Below, piece after piece: positions 1-14,565 of a stretch of DNA of 64,000 nt. Under the pieces are notes generated by a model. The model had not been told where the DNA came from, made no database searches, and saw only the letters and a program-made list of their open reading frames with translations. Where the stretch lies: assembly GCA_002104945.1 (NCBI GenBank), contig MCFH01000020.1:434001-498000 (forward strand), given 5' to 3'. Position numbers and translations under genes: made by a program. Source of the stretch: Piromyces finnis finn (Eukaryota > Fungi > Neocallimastigomycota). Within the stretch, counting starts at the first letter, position 1. Every line of letters begins with the position of its first letter.

Positions 1-467
1 ATAATATAGAACAAGCTATTAAAAATTTTAAAAATGAAGCTGAAGAGTTTAGTTTAATTAAGGATACAATGATAAAAATAAGGCATGATGCCAAAAATAG
101 TGTTCGTTTAGCATATCGAAAAGCGATAGAAATGGAAAATCAAGATATTGATGAAGAAAATGGTTTGAAAGAAAAGGTTATAGATAAAATGAATACCATG
201 GAAAAAGCGAATATTCCATTAATGGACCTAGAAATGTGGATAGATAAAATAGTAACTTGTTATGAAAGAGAATGTACAGTAAAGGAATATTTATTAAAAC
301 GCTTAAGAGAAGGTAGCCTTACTGAAACAACTGATTGGGATAATTGGAATAGTCGTTGGAATTCCCAGAGTTATTTAGATTTTAATCTTGAACAGGATAT
401 TCGTGAAAAAATTAAAGCTTATAAATTACTTAAGATATATGAGAGAGAAAAGGAAAAAGAAATTTAA
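1..467 (+). CDS. 3' end of an unidentified protein; frame is open from the window start
   Basis: The frame of ORF 69..467 stays open upstream to position 3 (NIEQAIKNFKNEAEEFSLIKDT-MIKIRH...). Sequence looks coding and charged/helical, stop at 465-467. No recognisable motif. Confidence 0.55.
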   Translation, partial: NIEQAIKNFKNEAEEFSLIKDTMIKIRHDAKNSVRLAYRKAIEMENQDIDEENGLKEKVIDKMNTMEKANIPLMDLEMWIDKIVTCYERECTVKEYLLKRLREGSLTETTDWDNWNSRWNSQSYLDFNLEQDIREKIKAYKLLKIYEREKEKEI

Positions 468-844
468 AATTTATTTTTTTGAACTAGTTTAATATTTTTA
501 TTTTTTTTTATTATTTTTTCCTCTGTCTATACTATCAAATAAACCAAATAAACAATAAATCATTATACTCTAATATTTTTCAATTTAATTTATTAATTAG
601 ATTATGATATTATATATAATATCCATAATAAAATAATAATAATACTAAATATAACATAGTATTTAAACATTAGATTGCAATTATTATATTTTATTATATA
701 TTTTTATTATTTATCTTTATTAAATTAAAATATACTAAATGGTGTTTTATCTTGATAGAAAACAAAACAAAGAAAAGTTCTAATTTTTTTTTTTTTTTTT
801 AATATATTGTAATCTTTAACATTAACAAAGTATATTTACTAGTA

Positions 845-878
<34 letters not shown>

Positions 879-983
879 GAAAGTGATTTAATTATTGACT
901 AAGATCATTTTTAAAATGTGTAAAAACAAAACATTTAAATATATAAACTGACTCGACTAGAAATGAGAATATACACAATAATT

Positions 984-3900
984 TTACCATTTTCTCCATC
1001 TGCCACCACATATACAATTTCTACCATATTTTCTATACCATGCTGCCTTTCCTCTAAAAATATAGAGATTTGTTCCAGAATTATTATTTTCTCCTCCAAC
1101 ACTAGGCATTATTAATTTTTTGATATTTTTAGAAGATTCTTTTTTATGTGGCTTTTTTTCATCTGTAATAAGATTGTATGGTAATATTAAAGAAAATCCG
1201 CTAAATTCATCTAAATGAGGAACTTCGCTGAAATGATAACATCTATTTTAAGTTTATATATAAACAAATATAAAATCATGAAGAAACTATTAATATCTTT
1301 TATTATCGATTAATCTATTAATTTCCTATTGTTATAACTGTCAATTTACCTTTCACATTGTCTTACTCCTGTAGCTCGATGTAAAGATGTCTTTGTAAGT
1401 ACATCAAATTGCTGAAGAATATTATTTTCTAAAATTGATATAATTTTTGATTTATAGGTGATATTTTCATTATAAATGTTTGGAGAAGTATTAATATTAA
1501 TTTCATTAAGTTCAACGATATCACTGAAGAAAGTATTTGAAAGATTATTAATTTGATAGTCATTTAGATTGGAGCTAATTTTTTTTGGTTCCTCAAGATT
1601 AATATTTTCAAACTTCTTGGATGTATTTTCTTTACTGAAACCTATACCATACAATTTTAATCCTACAAAATTTCTATAAATCATTCCTGAGGTGAGTTTG
1701 CTTACTTTTTCATGTTCAATATATGATACTTCTGATTGAGTAAAAAGATAGTTATATGCTTCAGCAATATTATTACTTAAGAATATCTTTGTAATATATT
1801 TATTGTATAATTCTTTAAGATCTTTTTTAATAAAGGACTCTAAATATGAAGGTATAGTTCCATTATAGATTAAATTCTTTATTTCACTAATTTGGAATTC
1901 TAAATCTAATATATAAAACATAAACCACAAATAGAGATTAATATATATATATATAAACCTTAATATTACATTTTTATAATATTGCATTATTTTGTAGAAA
2001 TTATATTGACATGTTATTTAGTATTATTTAAATAAATTATATTAATTTACCATTGTCTTTTTCTAGTGGTTTCAATAACATATCAATTTCGTATAACATT
2101 TTATTTAATTCATTTAAATCCATTTTATTTTTCAATAATATATTAATAAATTCACTTAAGTAATAATTTTCTTCTTCATAAGATAATCCTTCATGATCTG
2201 GGGTTTTTTTACCCATTGCTGAATTATGTTCATAAGTTGCATATACATTTATACCATATAAATTAATGTAATTTATTATTTTCATAAGCATTCTTCTTGA
2301 ATTAGAAAACAATATTAAGGATAAATAGTTTGGCTGATTGAAAAATTCTATTATTATATATATATATATTTATAAAAGTTTATATTAAAATATATAATAA
2401 TATTATTATCAAAGAGTAAGATTAAAAAAAAATAATAATCATATTAATATATATATATATTTTACCTTCAATTATTTCATCATTATTAAGTGTCTGTGAA
2501 TGATTTCTTTTATGATAGTTAATATTATACCATATATATATGTGCCTTAGTATGTGTTTACACAATTCAATGAACCAATAAGCAAGTGGTGCATTATAAT
2601 GATAACATTCTATTATATTATATATATTATATAAATTATATTTATTAATATTTATTACTTATTTTTATAATTGATTTAAATATTGAATACCTTTTTTAAT
2701 TATGCAATATTTTTCAAAAGATTCCTCAATTTTAAACATTGGTTTATCTATTTTTTATTATCAGTTATCAGTTATGAGACAATATAAAATGTTTATATTA
2801 AACATGATATTAATAAATTATTATTTTTATTTTAATTCTAACAATTAATGTTAAATTATCTTTATATTATTATATTATATATATATTACCTAAATATTCA
2901 TTGATTTTCCAAGGGTATACAAAATGATTTAAAAAGGATTGACCAATATAGTTTAACTGGATTAATATATTATTATTAAAAAATTGAATTTCTCTTGATG
3001 CAAAGTTCCTAAATATTTTGTTTTATTTATCACATATATATATTAGCATTCATATAATTATTAAAAGAGTTAATATGAATTTTATTTTTGTGTGTATTTT
3101 ACCTATTGAAAACCATTGAAACAATAAATGGTTGCCCTTCAATAGACATAGAGGTTGACGAGTCTTTTGGAAATTCAGATATTATATTATTATCACATAG
3201 CACAACGTTTTTATTATATTCATTAAAGAAGCAAACCAAAAAGTCTCCGATAAGATCTTTATTTTATCATATATATAATTAAAAATATAAAAATTAATTA
3301 TAAATTATTAAAATATTATTTTTTTCTTTAATAATATACCTTTATTTTCGAAATATTTTTTTATTTTCATAATGAAATAAATTATATCTTCATAATCGTC
3401 ATTATTTAAAATAGAAACTATTAATTGGGCAACTAATGTATTTATTAAATTATAATAATGTTCTATTATTGAATAAAATATTATTAATAATATGCATAAA
3501 TAAAATATGTGATTATGTGATTTAGTATATTTAATTAATTAATCAAATAAATAAATAATCATATTGTAATTTTTATAATCGATAATATTACCTTCTGAAT
3601 AAAAGCTTATATCAAATTTAGAAGCAATTTTATTTTTTGCAATCTTTTGATCTTCCCAACAAAACAATAAATCAATAATATTATCACCTTCACTTATTTT
3701 AAATTTTATATCATTAAAAGATTTTTCAAAAGTTACACCAATTAAACCATTAGGAGATAAAATTATTTCAGAAGTATAGTAATTATCATCATGCTGATTA
3801 TCTTGTGAATTAAATTTATAATCCATTATATCTTCCCCTTTTATTTCATTTAAGGTAATTGCTGAAGATAAATCATTATTTGCATTTTCTAAGTTTATAT

Positions 3901-6176
3901 CTTGATCCATTGGATCATCTTCAGTTTTGACTTTTTTTGAAATATCACTTGATAATTCTTTCACTATGTTTTTTAATTTAGCTTCTTGTTTTGAATTATA
4001 ATTTTTTAAAGCTTCAATTAATTTACTATCAATGTCGGGTATATTATTCTTAAAAATCCAGTCATAATAAGTTAATTGTTTTAATGTATCACTATTGTGT
4101 CATAATAAGATGTTTATTAATATTAATAGCTAGAAACAATTTAAATGTAGTAATTTACTTAATTATCTTACCAATCTCTTAATTCAGAAGTTCCATTTTC
4201 GTATTGAATCAATAATATATGTTTATTAAATGAATTTGTAATAATTTTTATGTATTGAGGATATGTTTTTTTGTATTCGAAATTTGCATTAAGCTTCCAG
4301 GTCTATTGTTTAATTTGAATAATAAACGATTAATATATTGTTACATTTTAAAAATATCTATTGTTTTATTTGTTTATATTAGAATTCCTTTTCCCAAATA
4401 AAAATTTACCTTGTTATTAAATAATAAATCATTAAATGGTGAATTACCATTATCCCAACCAATTCCTGCAGTGATATCCATATCATCAGATAAATCAAAT
4501 GTATATATATAACCACCAAATTCTTTATTCTTTTTTAATATAAATATAGTTTAATTTATAATAATATAATTTATATGGAAAATATATTAATACATCAATT
4601 TTTTTTTATATTTTTAGTTCATTAATATCTCATGTTAATATTAGTAAAAACTATACCATATCCTTATTATTAATTCCAAAAGATAAAAGCATTTTTTTTT
4701 CATTTATTAATTGAATATTCATTAATTTAAAATTCTTGTTCATATTTTCAATTGAATCAAATTTTAATCGTGATAATTGTCTTCCATTTATTAGGTTTTT
4801 TTCTGTAACAACAACAACAATAATAATGAGATATTTTATATTACTAAAATGATGATATGAAAATAAATAATATATAAAATCTTATAAACATACCAAAATT
4901 GATATTAAGGGAAACATTATATAATATAATATGATTAGGTGATAATTCTGAACAATAAACGATATATGAAAGAGAATTATCTATATAATAAAAGATATCA
5001 TGAAATGGTTCCATTATTTTAATTAAATTAGTTATTATTAACAAATATTTCTATATATTAATTAGGGACATTATTAATATAAATTTCCTTTACCACTTCC
5101 TAAATAACATGATGAATGAGTAATGACCGGATTCTTCTTTTTTATTTTTTCAAATTCTGAAAATACAGTATTATACTTTTGAACTACTTCATTTTCATTT
5201 TTCATTATAATAGTAACCTTTATTTATTATATAATTTAATAAATTTTATTGTTGTAATTAGTAATTGTTTTGAATATATTAAAATTATGGTAAATTTGTG
5301 AATCATCCATTTTTACTATAGAAAATTAAATTAAAAATATCTTTTAATTAATTTACATACTTCTCCATTATCTGTCAATACAGCGAATGCTGTTTTATGG
5401 ATAGTTTCACTTCCAGATGTGCTATTAACATATTTTGATTCACTTGTTGGATCTATATTGAACTATCAAATTTTTTTTATTAACTATTGAAATTCATAAA
5501 ATATTATTTATATATATTATAGTTACTTTGACACTAGAATGTATCCAAGTAAAGTTAGAAACAGGTTTTTTCATATCGGAATTGTACCATATAGCCCATT
5601 CATTAATGAAATTCTTTGTATGTAATAAATGATAAAAATAAAAATATATATATAAAAATTAAAAAAAAAAAAAAAAAAACTTCAATTTCCCTTTTTTTAT
5701 TTTTTTCTATAATTTTTAATTAATTATTATTTATACTGAATTTTCGTATTTTTGTATATAAAAGAAAAATAATAATAAAAATTACTCTTGATTTCCATAT
5801 ACATAAATATCCATCTTTATCTATACTGGATAAATAATTTCCGTCATCACTCCAACTTAAATATATGATTTCTGATTTATGATAATGTGATGATTTTGCT
5901 ATTCTTGAGAATCCTGAAAGATCTGTTATTGTTTTATTTCTATTAAGAAATTTGTCTAAAGAGATTATTTCTTTAAATATATGAATTGAAGGAATGTAAC
6001 GACTTTAAGAATAAAGATATTAATATTATTATGATGTTAATATGTCATTAAATAAAATATAATATATTTATATACTGGTTTTCTTTTAATTTATTTCTTA
6101 CACTTTTTTATTGTCATCAATAGTTTTTACTAATGTTGAAATAGCAATTATATTTTGTTTTGACCATGCTATTTGA
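984..6176 (-). CDS. MED16: Mediator complex subunit 16 (Sin4)-like, multi-exon; first exon not located
   Basis: N-terminal SQIAWSKQNIIAIS and a WD-like exon IIYLSWSDDGNYLSSIDKDGYLCIWK; internal ILSPNGLIG. Splicing across the intron near 1245-1350 gives the C-terminus RQCERCYHF...AAWYRKYGRNCICGGRWRKW*, matching the Med16 CxRC...W...CxCGGxW pattern. Stop at 984-986. Internal exon boundaries were not all resolved. Confidence 0.75.
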
Positions 6177-6823
6177 CTAAATTAGTTTTATTTTTATTTT
6201 TTTTTTTTTAAATATAGAAAATAAAAACAAAATAATAATAATAAAAATAATAAAAGTTATTAATATAAATTGTGTTTTTTTTTTCTTTTCAATATTAAAA
6301 TTTAAACATTAATATTATTAAAAAAAAGTATCATATCAGGTCTATTTTTAAATATCATTTATCACTCGACAAAATTTTGTAGAAACAAAACTTTGGAATA
6401 TTATCAGATTATCAGTATAACAATTATATCCTCTTCTTATGTTTTAATCATTTACTTTTTTATTATTATAATAATAATGTTTATATATCTATATTATATA
6501 TATATATTTATTTTATTATAAATATTAACCATTCTTTTAAACCGTCGCATAATTTATTATATAGTTCATATTTCAAATTATTACTTTTTTTATTCGTATT
6601 CATCTATTAGTTTCTATATACTGTTATACAATAAATTTTTAATAATTTTAACTATTAAAATAAAAAGATTAAAGAAATATTGAAAATTTAATTTTTTATT
6701 GCTAAATAAAATTTTATCATATATAAAAATTTAATTAAATATTTGTATAAATAAAATTTTAAAAAATATTGATAATTTTTTTTGTAGAACAAGGATTTTT
6801 TAAAATTTAAAAAATTATATAAA

Positions 6824-8431
6824 ATGATTTCTTTTGGAACTAATCAATCAGTTGTTCAACTTGATAGTAAGCCAGTTGTAACAGTATTTGTTACATGTGA
6901 AAGTAGTTCTTCTGAAAGAAGATTTAATAAAGACATTACTATTGGTAGTTTAAAGGTAATAATAATAAAAAAATTATTGAATGAGTCTGATTTTTATATC
7001 AATATTCAATCCAAAAAATAGCAATAAAAACAAAAACAAAAAACAAACATTAAATAATACCAATATCATTAAGAATTAATGAATGAATAAATATAAGATT
7101 TTTATAATTTAAAATTTTATTTATAAAAAGAAATTTTTGTATTTTTTTTACAGTAATTTTATATTATAAAATTCGTAAATATTTATAATATTTTTCATGC
7201 GTTCTTTGGAATATACTTATAATTATTTTTTTTTATAATTATTTTTATTATTTTATTATAAACAAATTATTTTTATTAAAGAATAAAGAATAATAAAACA
7301 CTTAAAATATATTAAAGGAAAACAATATTTAATGATTTTTTTTTTTTAAATTAATCAAAATAGGAAAGACTTGAACCAATTACAGGTATTCCAATGGCTA
7401 CTATGCAAATTAAATTATATGATAGAAACGATCAATTTGTATGTACTTTAAATGATAATGACAAAAAACTTGGCTTTTATTCTGTAATGGATTATGGTAG
7501 ACTTCAAGTAAGTAGTTTTTTTTTTTTAAAAAAATATATTTATCTCCTTTTTTATATTATTTAAGGTTTATTAACCTTTTAACTTTTTTTTTTTTTTTTT
7601 TATCTAAAGGTTGATGATTTAAACCCATACAGAATAAAGAATGAATGGACAGATGTTTCTCAAGTTAAGAAGTTTGAAATTTCTGAAGATGAATATAATA
7701 AGAGAAATGGTAATTATTAAATAAATAATTAAAATATTTTGCTGAGATTATTAAATATAAATATTTTAATGGTAAATTTTATAATTATTAATTATAACCG
7801 TTATTCTTCGTCTTTATATATCTATAATAAAATAATGATAATAACAATAATAAAAAAATAAATATGAAAAAAATAAAAATATAAATAGATTCTGTTAGAC
7901 ACTTTTTACAAAAAAACAAGTTAGGTCAATATTCAGTAGAAAACCAACGTCATCTAGAAAAGGAAAATGACCCAGAAGGTTATTTCGAAGAAGCACAACA
8001 AATCAAGGTTGGTGATCGTTGTGAAGTTAATGCTGAATCTAAAACTGGTATGCCAAAGAGAGGTACTGTTAAATATGTTGGTAAAACTGAATTTAAACCA
8101 GGTTACTGGATTGGTATTGCCTATGATGAACCACAAGGAAAACATAATGGAACGTAAGTAGTATTAATAAGTGGATAAAAATACAGAGTATATATAGGAT
8201 AAAAAATATTGTTTATATAGAAATTGTGATTTTATATAATACAACATTTAATGAAAATTATTGTATTCTAATTATTTTATTTTTAATATATAAAATGGAA
8301 GTGTTCAAGGTAAATCCTATTTTTCTTGTTTACCAAAGTATGGCGTTTTTGTTAGACCAAATAAAGTTACAGTTGGTGATTTTCCAGAAGAAGATTTTGA
8401 TTTTGATGATGATGATTTAGATGAATTATAA
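6824..8431 (+). CDS. TBCB: Tubulin-folding cofactor B (ubiquitin-like + CAP-Gly), 5 exons
   Basis: Ubl exon with [16 protein letters not shown]|[10 protein letters not shown]; CAP-Gly [32 protein letters not shown]|[19 protein letters not shown]; acidic tail ending DEL*. GT-AG introns join the exons in frame (last intron 8154-8301). Confidence 0.95.
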
Positions 8432-8437
8432 ATGCTC

Positions 8438-8471
<34 letters not shown>

Positions 8472-9137
8472 GTTCAATTGATAACTAAATTTTAACAAAA
8501 TATTAATCTATTATTCTCAGAAAAAATATTATTAGATATTAAACGAATATAATATTTTTAAATATTAATAATAATTATCAAATATCTTTAAAAAAAAAAA
8601 AAAAAACTATGTAAATAATTTAATTTAATAATAATCATAAAATAAAACAATCACATACAAAATGTATATTTTTTTTTTTTTTTTTTTTTATTTTTTATTA
8701 AATTTATTTGTTTTTAAAAAATAGAAATTTATCTATTTTATTTATTTGTTTATTATTGTTATTATTACTATTGTTATTATTAATATATTTTTTATATCGT
8801 GGTTTTTGTTATTATTTTTATTTACACATTTATATAAGTTATTAAATAATACTATTTTTCATTTTCAAAAAGGAAGAAAAGTTTGAATAAAATAATAATA
8901 AAGAAGAAATTTTTTTTCTATATATACCTATTGATGAAAATTATTTGTATTTTTCTTTTCTCTATTTTTTCTTATTCAACTATTAGTCCTTTAATAATTG
9001 AAACTATTTTAAAACAAAAAATATAATTTATATAATATTATCTTATTAAATTAATAATATTGATTTATAAATTAAGGTATTATTAAATATAATAATTTTA
9101 ATAAAACGTTTCAGTAGTTTTAGCTTGTTATATAAAG

Positions 9138-12100
9138 TTAATTAGCAATAACAGTATCATCAGCCTTAACTTCTGCTTTTTCATTTTTTTCATTAACTAA
9201 TTCATCCTTTTCAACGGTTTCTTCAACCTTGTCTATTATTTCATTTTCAATTTCAGATGATGGTGTCTTTTCTTCAATTTCAGATATATTCTTTACAGTT
9301 TCATTGCTATCAACTTCTTTAGTCTCTGGTTCTTCTGGTTTATCTTCTGGTTTATCTTCAAATTCTTCAGTATCCTTTGGTTTTTCTTCAATATCTTCTA
9401 ATGTTAAGTTAGCCTTTTCAACAGCTAAAGCTTCACTATCATTTAAAACTAATGATGCTCTAAATGTTGAGGTAGCTTTATCAATAGTAGCTAATACTTC
9501 TTCTACAATTTTTGTTTATAAAAAATTTTCATTAATTATTTAAATTTAATATTACTTAAATTTAATTTTATATTATATATATATATTTTATTTAATTCTT
9601 ACGAGTTTGGTCTTCTTCATCATCTTCACCATTTCCATTTTCAGCATTTAAGTTTACATCTTCAGATTGTGGTCTTTGTGGAGATTTAGTACTCATTTTA
9701 TTTCTTGCTAATGTGAATCTTTCTGGGAAGATGTCAGTATAGTAGAAGATTAAATCTTTAACTAATCTTGAAGTATGTTTATCATTTATAGTAATGATGG
9801 ATTCAGTCCATGGTCTTAATATTAAATGGGCTATGCTATAAGATAATCCACTAATAAATTCATCTTCAAATGATAAGCCTTCTACTAAATTATGTAAATG
9901 TTTCATAATACATGCAAGAGTTTCATAATATGGTGGTGATAAAGTATATAATAAACGTTCAATAGATGTAACTCTATTTCTTAAATCATTATTTTCAGAA
10001 CCGGAGTAAAGCATTTTGAAGGATTCATACATATCACCAGCAATTAAAGATATTGGTAATTCTTGAAGGAATAATTTTAAAACTGCAACAATAACTGGGA
10101 CCTTGAAATTCTTTAAAATCTTTAAAGTAATTTTTTGTGTATTTAATCTATTTCTTAATTCGTAAACCTCACCAATAAATGGTCTTGGGCCTAACCACAT
10201 CCTTCTTTCCATTTCAATTGGTGTTAATTTTTCAATATTTTCATCAATACCCTCAACGATCTCCTGTTTTTCACATAATACCTTAACAGTTTTAGTAATA
10301 GCACTTAAACACTTTTTAACAATAATTGGAACATTAGTACCATTAGACATGACTAATTGATCAAGGAATACCCCAAAGGTTTGGAAATGTCCTGGACTAT
10401 AATAATATGATTCATAGATAGTAACTGGAATGTGAGTAGTACCTGTTCTACATTGATTAATAACTTGGTTTAAATCACGTTCTGGTTGAATAGTTTCTAA
10501 GAATAACTTATCATGTTCAAATAAAACTTGGTTAACCAAAACTGATTTTGATTCTAAGTCAATCATAGCAGCAACAGCATTTCTAATAATTCTTATACGC
10601 TCATATTCAATATCTTCAATTTTGACTAAATAAGCATACATTTCACATTCAATGTTACATCTTGTGGTTTCAACAGTTTTAACAGCGTTCTTATAGATAT
10701 AATCAGTACGTTCAACATCTCTCTTTGCTTTTTTATGAGGTGCTTCACCTTCCATAGTAGTTTTCTTCCATACATAACTACCATTAAAGGAGAATGGTTG
10801 TTTGGAAATACTTCTGGTACCAATAAAACCCATTTTTAATAAATCTTGAGCGGCCATTATAGCATCATCTTTTGACATATCTAAAAATCTTTTCATTATA
10901 AAACGAACGATATCTTCACCAGCCATAGCTTGGTAATTTCCAATCCAAGATGACACAGTTGTTAATGGTATTTCATGTTGCATTTTTAAAAGTAATGAAT
11001 TTAATTCTTCAATAGTCATATTTCTTGGACCAATTGGAATCATAGCATCTAAAGCAGGAAAATCCATATTATCTAAACTATAATATGGGGTTCCAATAGT
11101 ATTTCTTAAGTTATTAAATTGTTCTGAAATTTCACAACTTTGATAATACTCAGCTTTTGTATATTCCAATTCATCTTTTTGTTTTTGCAAAGTGTTAACC
11201 ATATCTATAATTTCTTGAGTTTTCCTCTGGGAAAACTTTCTATTAGCTTCTTGATATTTTAATAAAGGAGTTAAAACGTATTCCTTCATAGCATCAGCAA
11301 TATTTTGTCTTGAATGGCCATAATTAATTAATTCTTTTTTAATATTTAAATATGATTGATAAACTGAAGATGTATCTTCACTTGAAACATCTTCATAGTG
11401 ATTTCTACTATTTCCTAAATCAATTAAATCGTATGCATAGTTTTCTTCTAAATTAATTCTTTTCTAAAATTTCAATTTTTCATATTATATAATTAATAAT
11501 AAAAATTATTAATTACAAAAAGAAATTTATAATGATATTTTTTTATAAATTTATCTTATTAATTATATATAATAATATGTTTTAATATATATTAATTACC
11601 TTAACAAAGGAAATAAGTTCATCAACTTCATTAATTCCTTTTTCAATTTTTTCTTATAATTTAAATATCAATACAAAATAATATAGTATATAATTAATAA
11701 TTATTATATAAATTCACTATAATTTAACTTTTTTTATTTATATATTTATTTTTTTTGTAATTCTTTAAGGAATATAATATATATATTCAAAAAATAAATA
11801 AATAATAATAATAATAATAATAATAAAGTTATACGATTGTATTTAATTTACTTTATTATTTATATTAAATTATATCATTTTTATTTTCTAGCATTTTATT
11901 AAGCTACTTTTATTAATAATTCATTTACTATTACGAAATCGAGAAATATATAATTTTTTATTATATTATTCTAATTTGAATTTTTACTTAAATATATACT
12001 TTTTTTTTATCCTTATTTTGTTTATAAAATTATATTTGACTAAAATTTATAGATTTATTGTTTTTCTTAATTTATAATAATAATGTTTTATTATTATTTT

Positions 12101-12421
12101 TAATATCATTAATAAAGAGAAAGAGTAATATTAAATATTTCTTAATTAGGTTCACATTCAATACTTTTATGCTTTAACAATATTCAAATTTAATGAAGAA
12201 TTTTTTATAAAAATGTTTTATGTCTATCAAAATTTTATTAAACTTTTTTATCCTTTCGTCAATCTTTAAAAAAACAATTCTTTATTATTATTTGCGTAAT
12301 TATTTTTTATTATAGAAGCAATAAAACATTATTGATATTTACTATTTATAGTACGAATACCAATTGTAGTATCTTTGGTATCATAGGCCCAAAAACAATC
12401 AGTGAAATGCTTTTGTAACAT
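9138..12421 (-). CDS. F-BAR (FCH)-DEP-RhoGAP protein, Rgd2/Rga8-like
   Basis: Exon 1 MLQKHFTDCFWAYD splices to KKIEKGINEVDELISFVK|KRINLEENYA (FCH). DEP-like GEDIVRFIMK...AQDLLKMGFI. RhoGAP motifs VPIIVKKCL and AVLKLFLQELP. Last exon is an acidic tail ending VIAN* at 9138-9140. Confidence 0.87.
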
Positions 12422-14565
12422 TGTTATTGTTTATACTGATTTAATTATTAATAATAATGACTGAATTAAAAATTATTTTCAATTATTATACAATCGGATT
12501 TTTGATCTTTTAAGAAATATACATAAAATTAATCTATATTTTCTATACGTTTTTATTTTTTATTTCTTTATTAATAGATAAAAAATGATTTTATTATTTT
12601 TTTTAATATGATTTAAAGAAAAGAAACCTTAAAAATAAATAAGAAAAAAAAACAAAAAGAAAAAAATTAATATAATATAAAAATATAATAAATAAAGTTT
12701 AAATTGAAAATAATTTTATTTCATTTTATCATAAAAGAAATAAAAATTTTGTTTTTTTGATGGATTTTTAAAAAAATATAAATTAAAATTTTATATATTA
12801 TCAAATATTAAATAATATAATTATTATATATTATTATTGATATTTAAAAACTCCAATAGATTTAATATAATATATTGATCTTATATTATTTAATATATCT
12901 TTTTTTTTCTAAATTATATTGTGGTTAGAAATGAATGTAATAATAGAAACATAATAAGAATATAAAAATGAAAAATATTTATAATATTATATCATTTAAT
13001 TAATTTGAATGAAATAGTAATTATGTTATTATTGATGCTTAAACATTAGTTAAAAGATTATTATTAGAGATGTTTAATGTTGTGGCTTGAATACCTAGAA
13101 ACAAAATTTGTGTATTATTCTAAAATATTAATAATATATAATATAAAAATTAGTATTAAAATATAGTGTAATGAGAATAAAAAAGAATTTGAATTAAATA
13201 ATATATTATTATGAAATAAAATGAATATTATATTCTATTTAAAAAAATATAAACCTTAATTAATAATAAAAAATATTTCTTTTCTGTGAAAAAAGAATTT
13301 ACCAATTTTATTTTGTATTTTTTTGAATTTTATCTTTGAATAAAGAGCTAAAAATTAATTTAAATTCACATATAAAATAAATTAATCAATATATTTTAAT
13401 GTATAATAATATATTATTATTATTTATTGTAATGAAAAACAATACATTTTAATAAATTTTAATATATTATTTAATATATATTAAAATAAAAGAATAGATA
13501 TTTATATATTTTGGTTTATTTGGAAATTATTTTTTTATTTAACGTAAGGTTGTAAATTCTATTTATATAGTTCTATCAAAAAGAATATATAGATAAAAAA
13601 GCTTGAAGTGTCATAAAAGGTATTTCATTAATAATAATATAAAAGTGTATTAATAAAATAATTATTGAAAGAAAGTAATTATAATAAAAAAAATATTCAC
13701 TCTAAACAATATATAATATACAATATATTACTAATGCAATCGATTAGTAAAAATTTAAAAAAATTATATTATTTTTGTATAATTATCTTTATATTATTGT
13801 TTCTAGTTATTATAACAACATTAGATATATAATAATACATATTTATTAGTAAAAAAAAATATAAAAGAAGTGATCCACAATATGGTTAATAAATACCTAT
13901 TAATGAAAATTTTCTGTTATATCCATGTACCATTTTCTAATAATTAAAATTTTGTTACATTAATATGTTAAGATTTAATGTAACACAAAATTTAATTTTT
14001 ATTATTTTTAATATGAAAAAAGCATAAATCATTTTTCTTATAAATTAATAAAAATAGAAAAAAAAAATACAACTGTTTTGGACATTCCTTGTTATAATGT
14101 TAAATATCTTATAACTCATAATACCATTAAATAGTTTTAAAAGTATTAGTAATATAAACTTTATTTAATTATTATAATTTTATTTATTATTTATTTATTT
14201 ATTTTTATTTTTATTTTATTAATTATTTATTTAAAAATTTCTAATATAAAAAAATTGGGAGTATTGTTTCATGTGCAATGCAAATATATATTTATATATA
14301 TTTAATGGATTTAGTTATTTTAATATCTTCATTTATTTGAGTTTTATAATAATTATATAAATATTTTAAATATTTTTTATTCTTTTATTTTCTTTATTAT
14401 TAAGATTTTTTTTAATTATTATTATATATAAATTCGCTTTTTATTTATTAACTATATGAAAAGATATATATAAAAATATTTTCTCTTTTTTTTTTTTTTA
14501 CTTTTAAATAAAACAAAATAATAAAGAATTGATTATTTGTGTATATAATGATGTATATCAATAAT

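Noticed and set aside
9229-9543. Ser-rich plus-strand ORF
   Set aside because: Antisense shadow of the acidic last exon of the RhoGAP gene.
13953-13985. 11-bp inverted repeat TGTTACATTAA..TTAATGTAACA
   Set aside because: Short, AT-rich and isolated; expected by chance at this composition.
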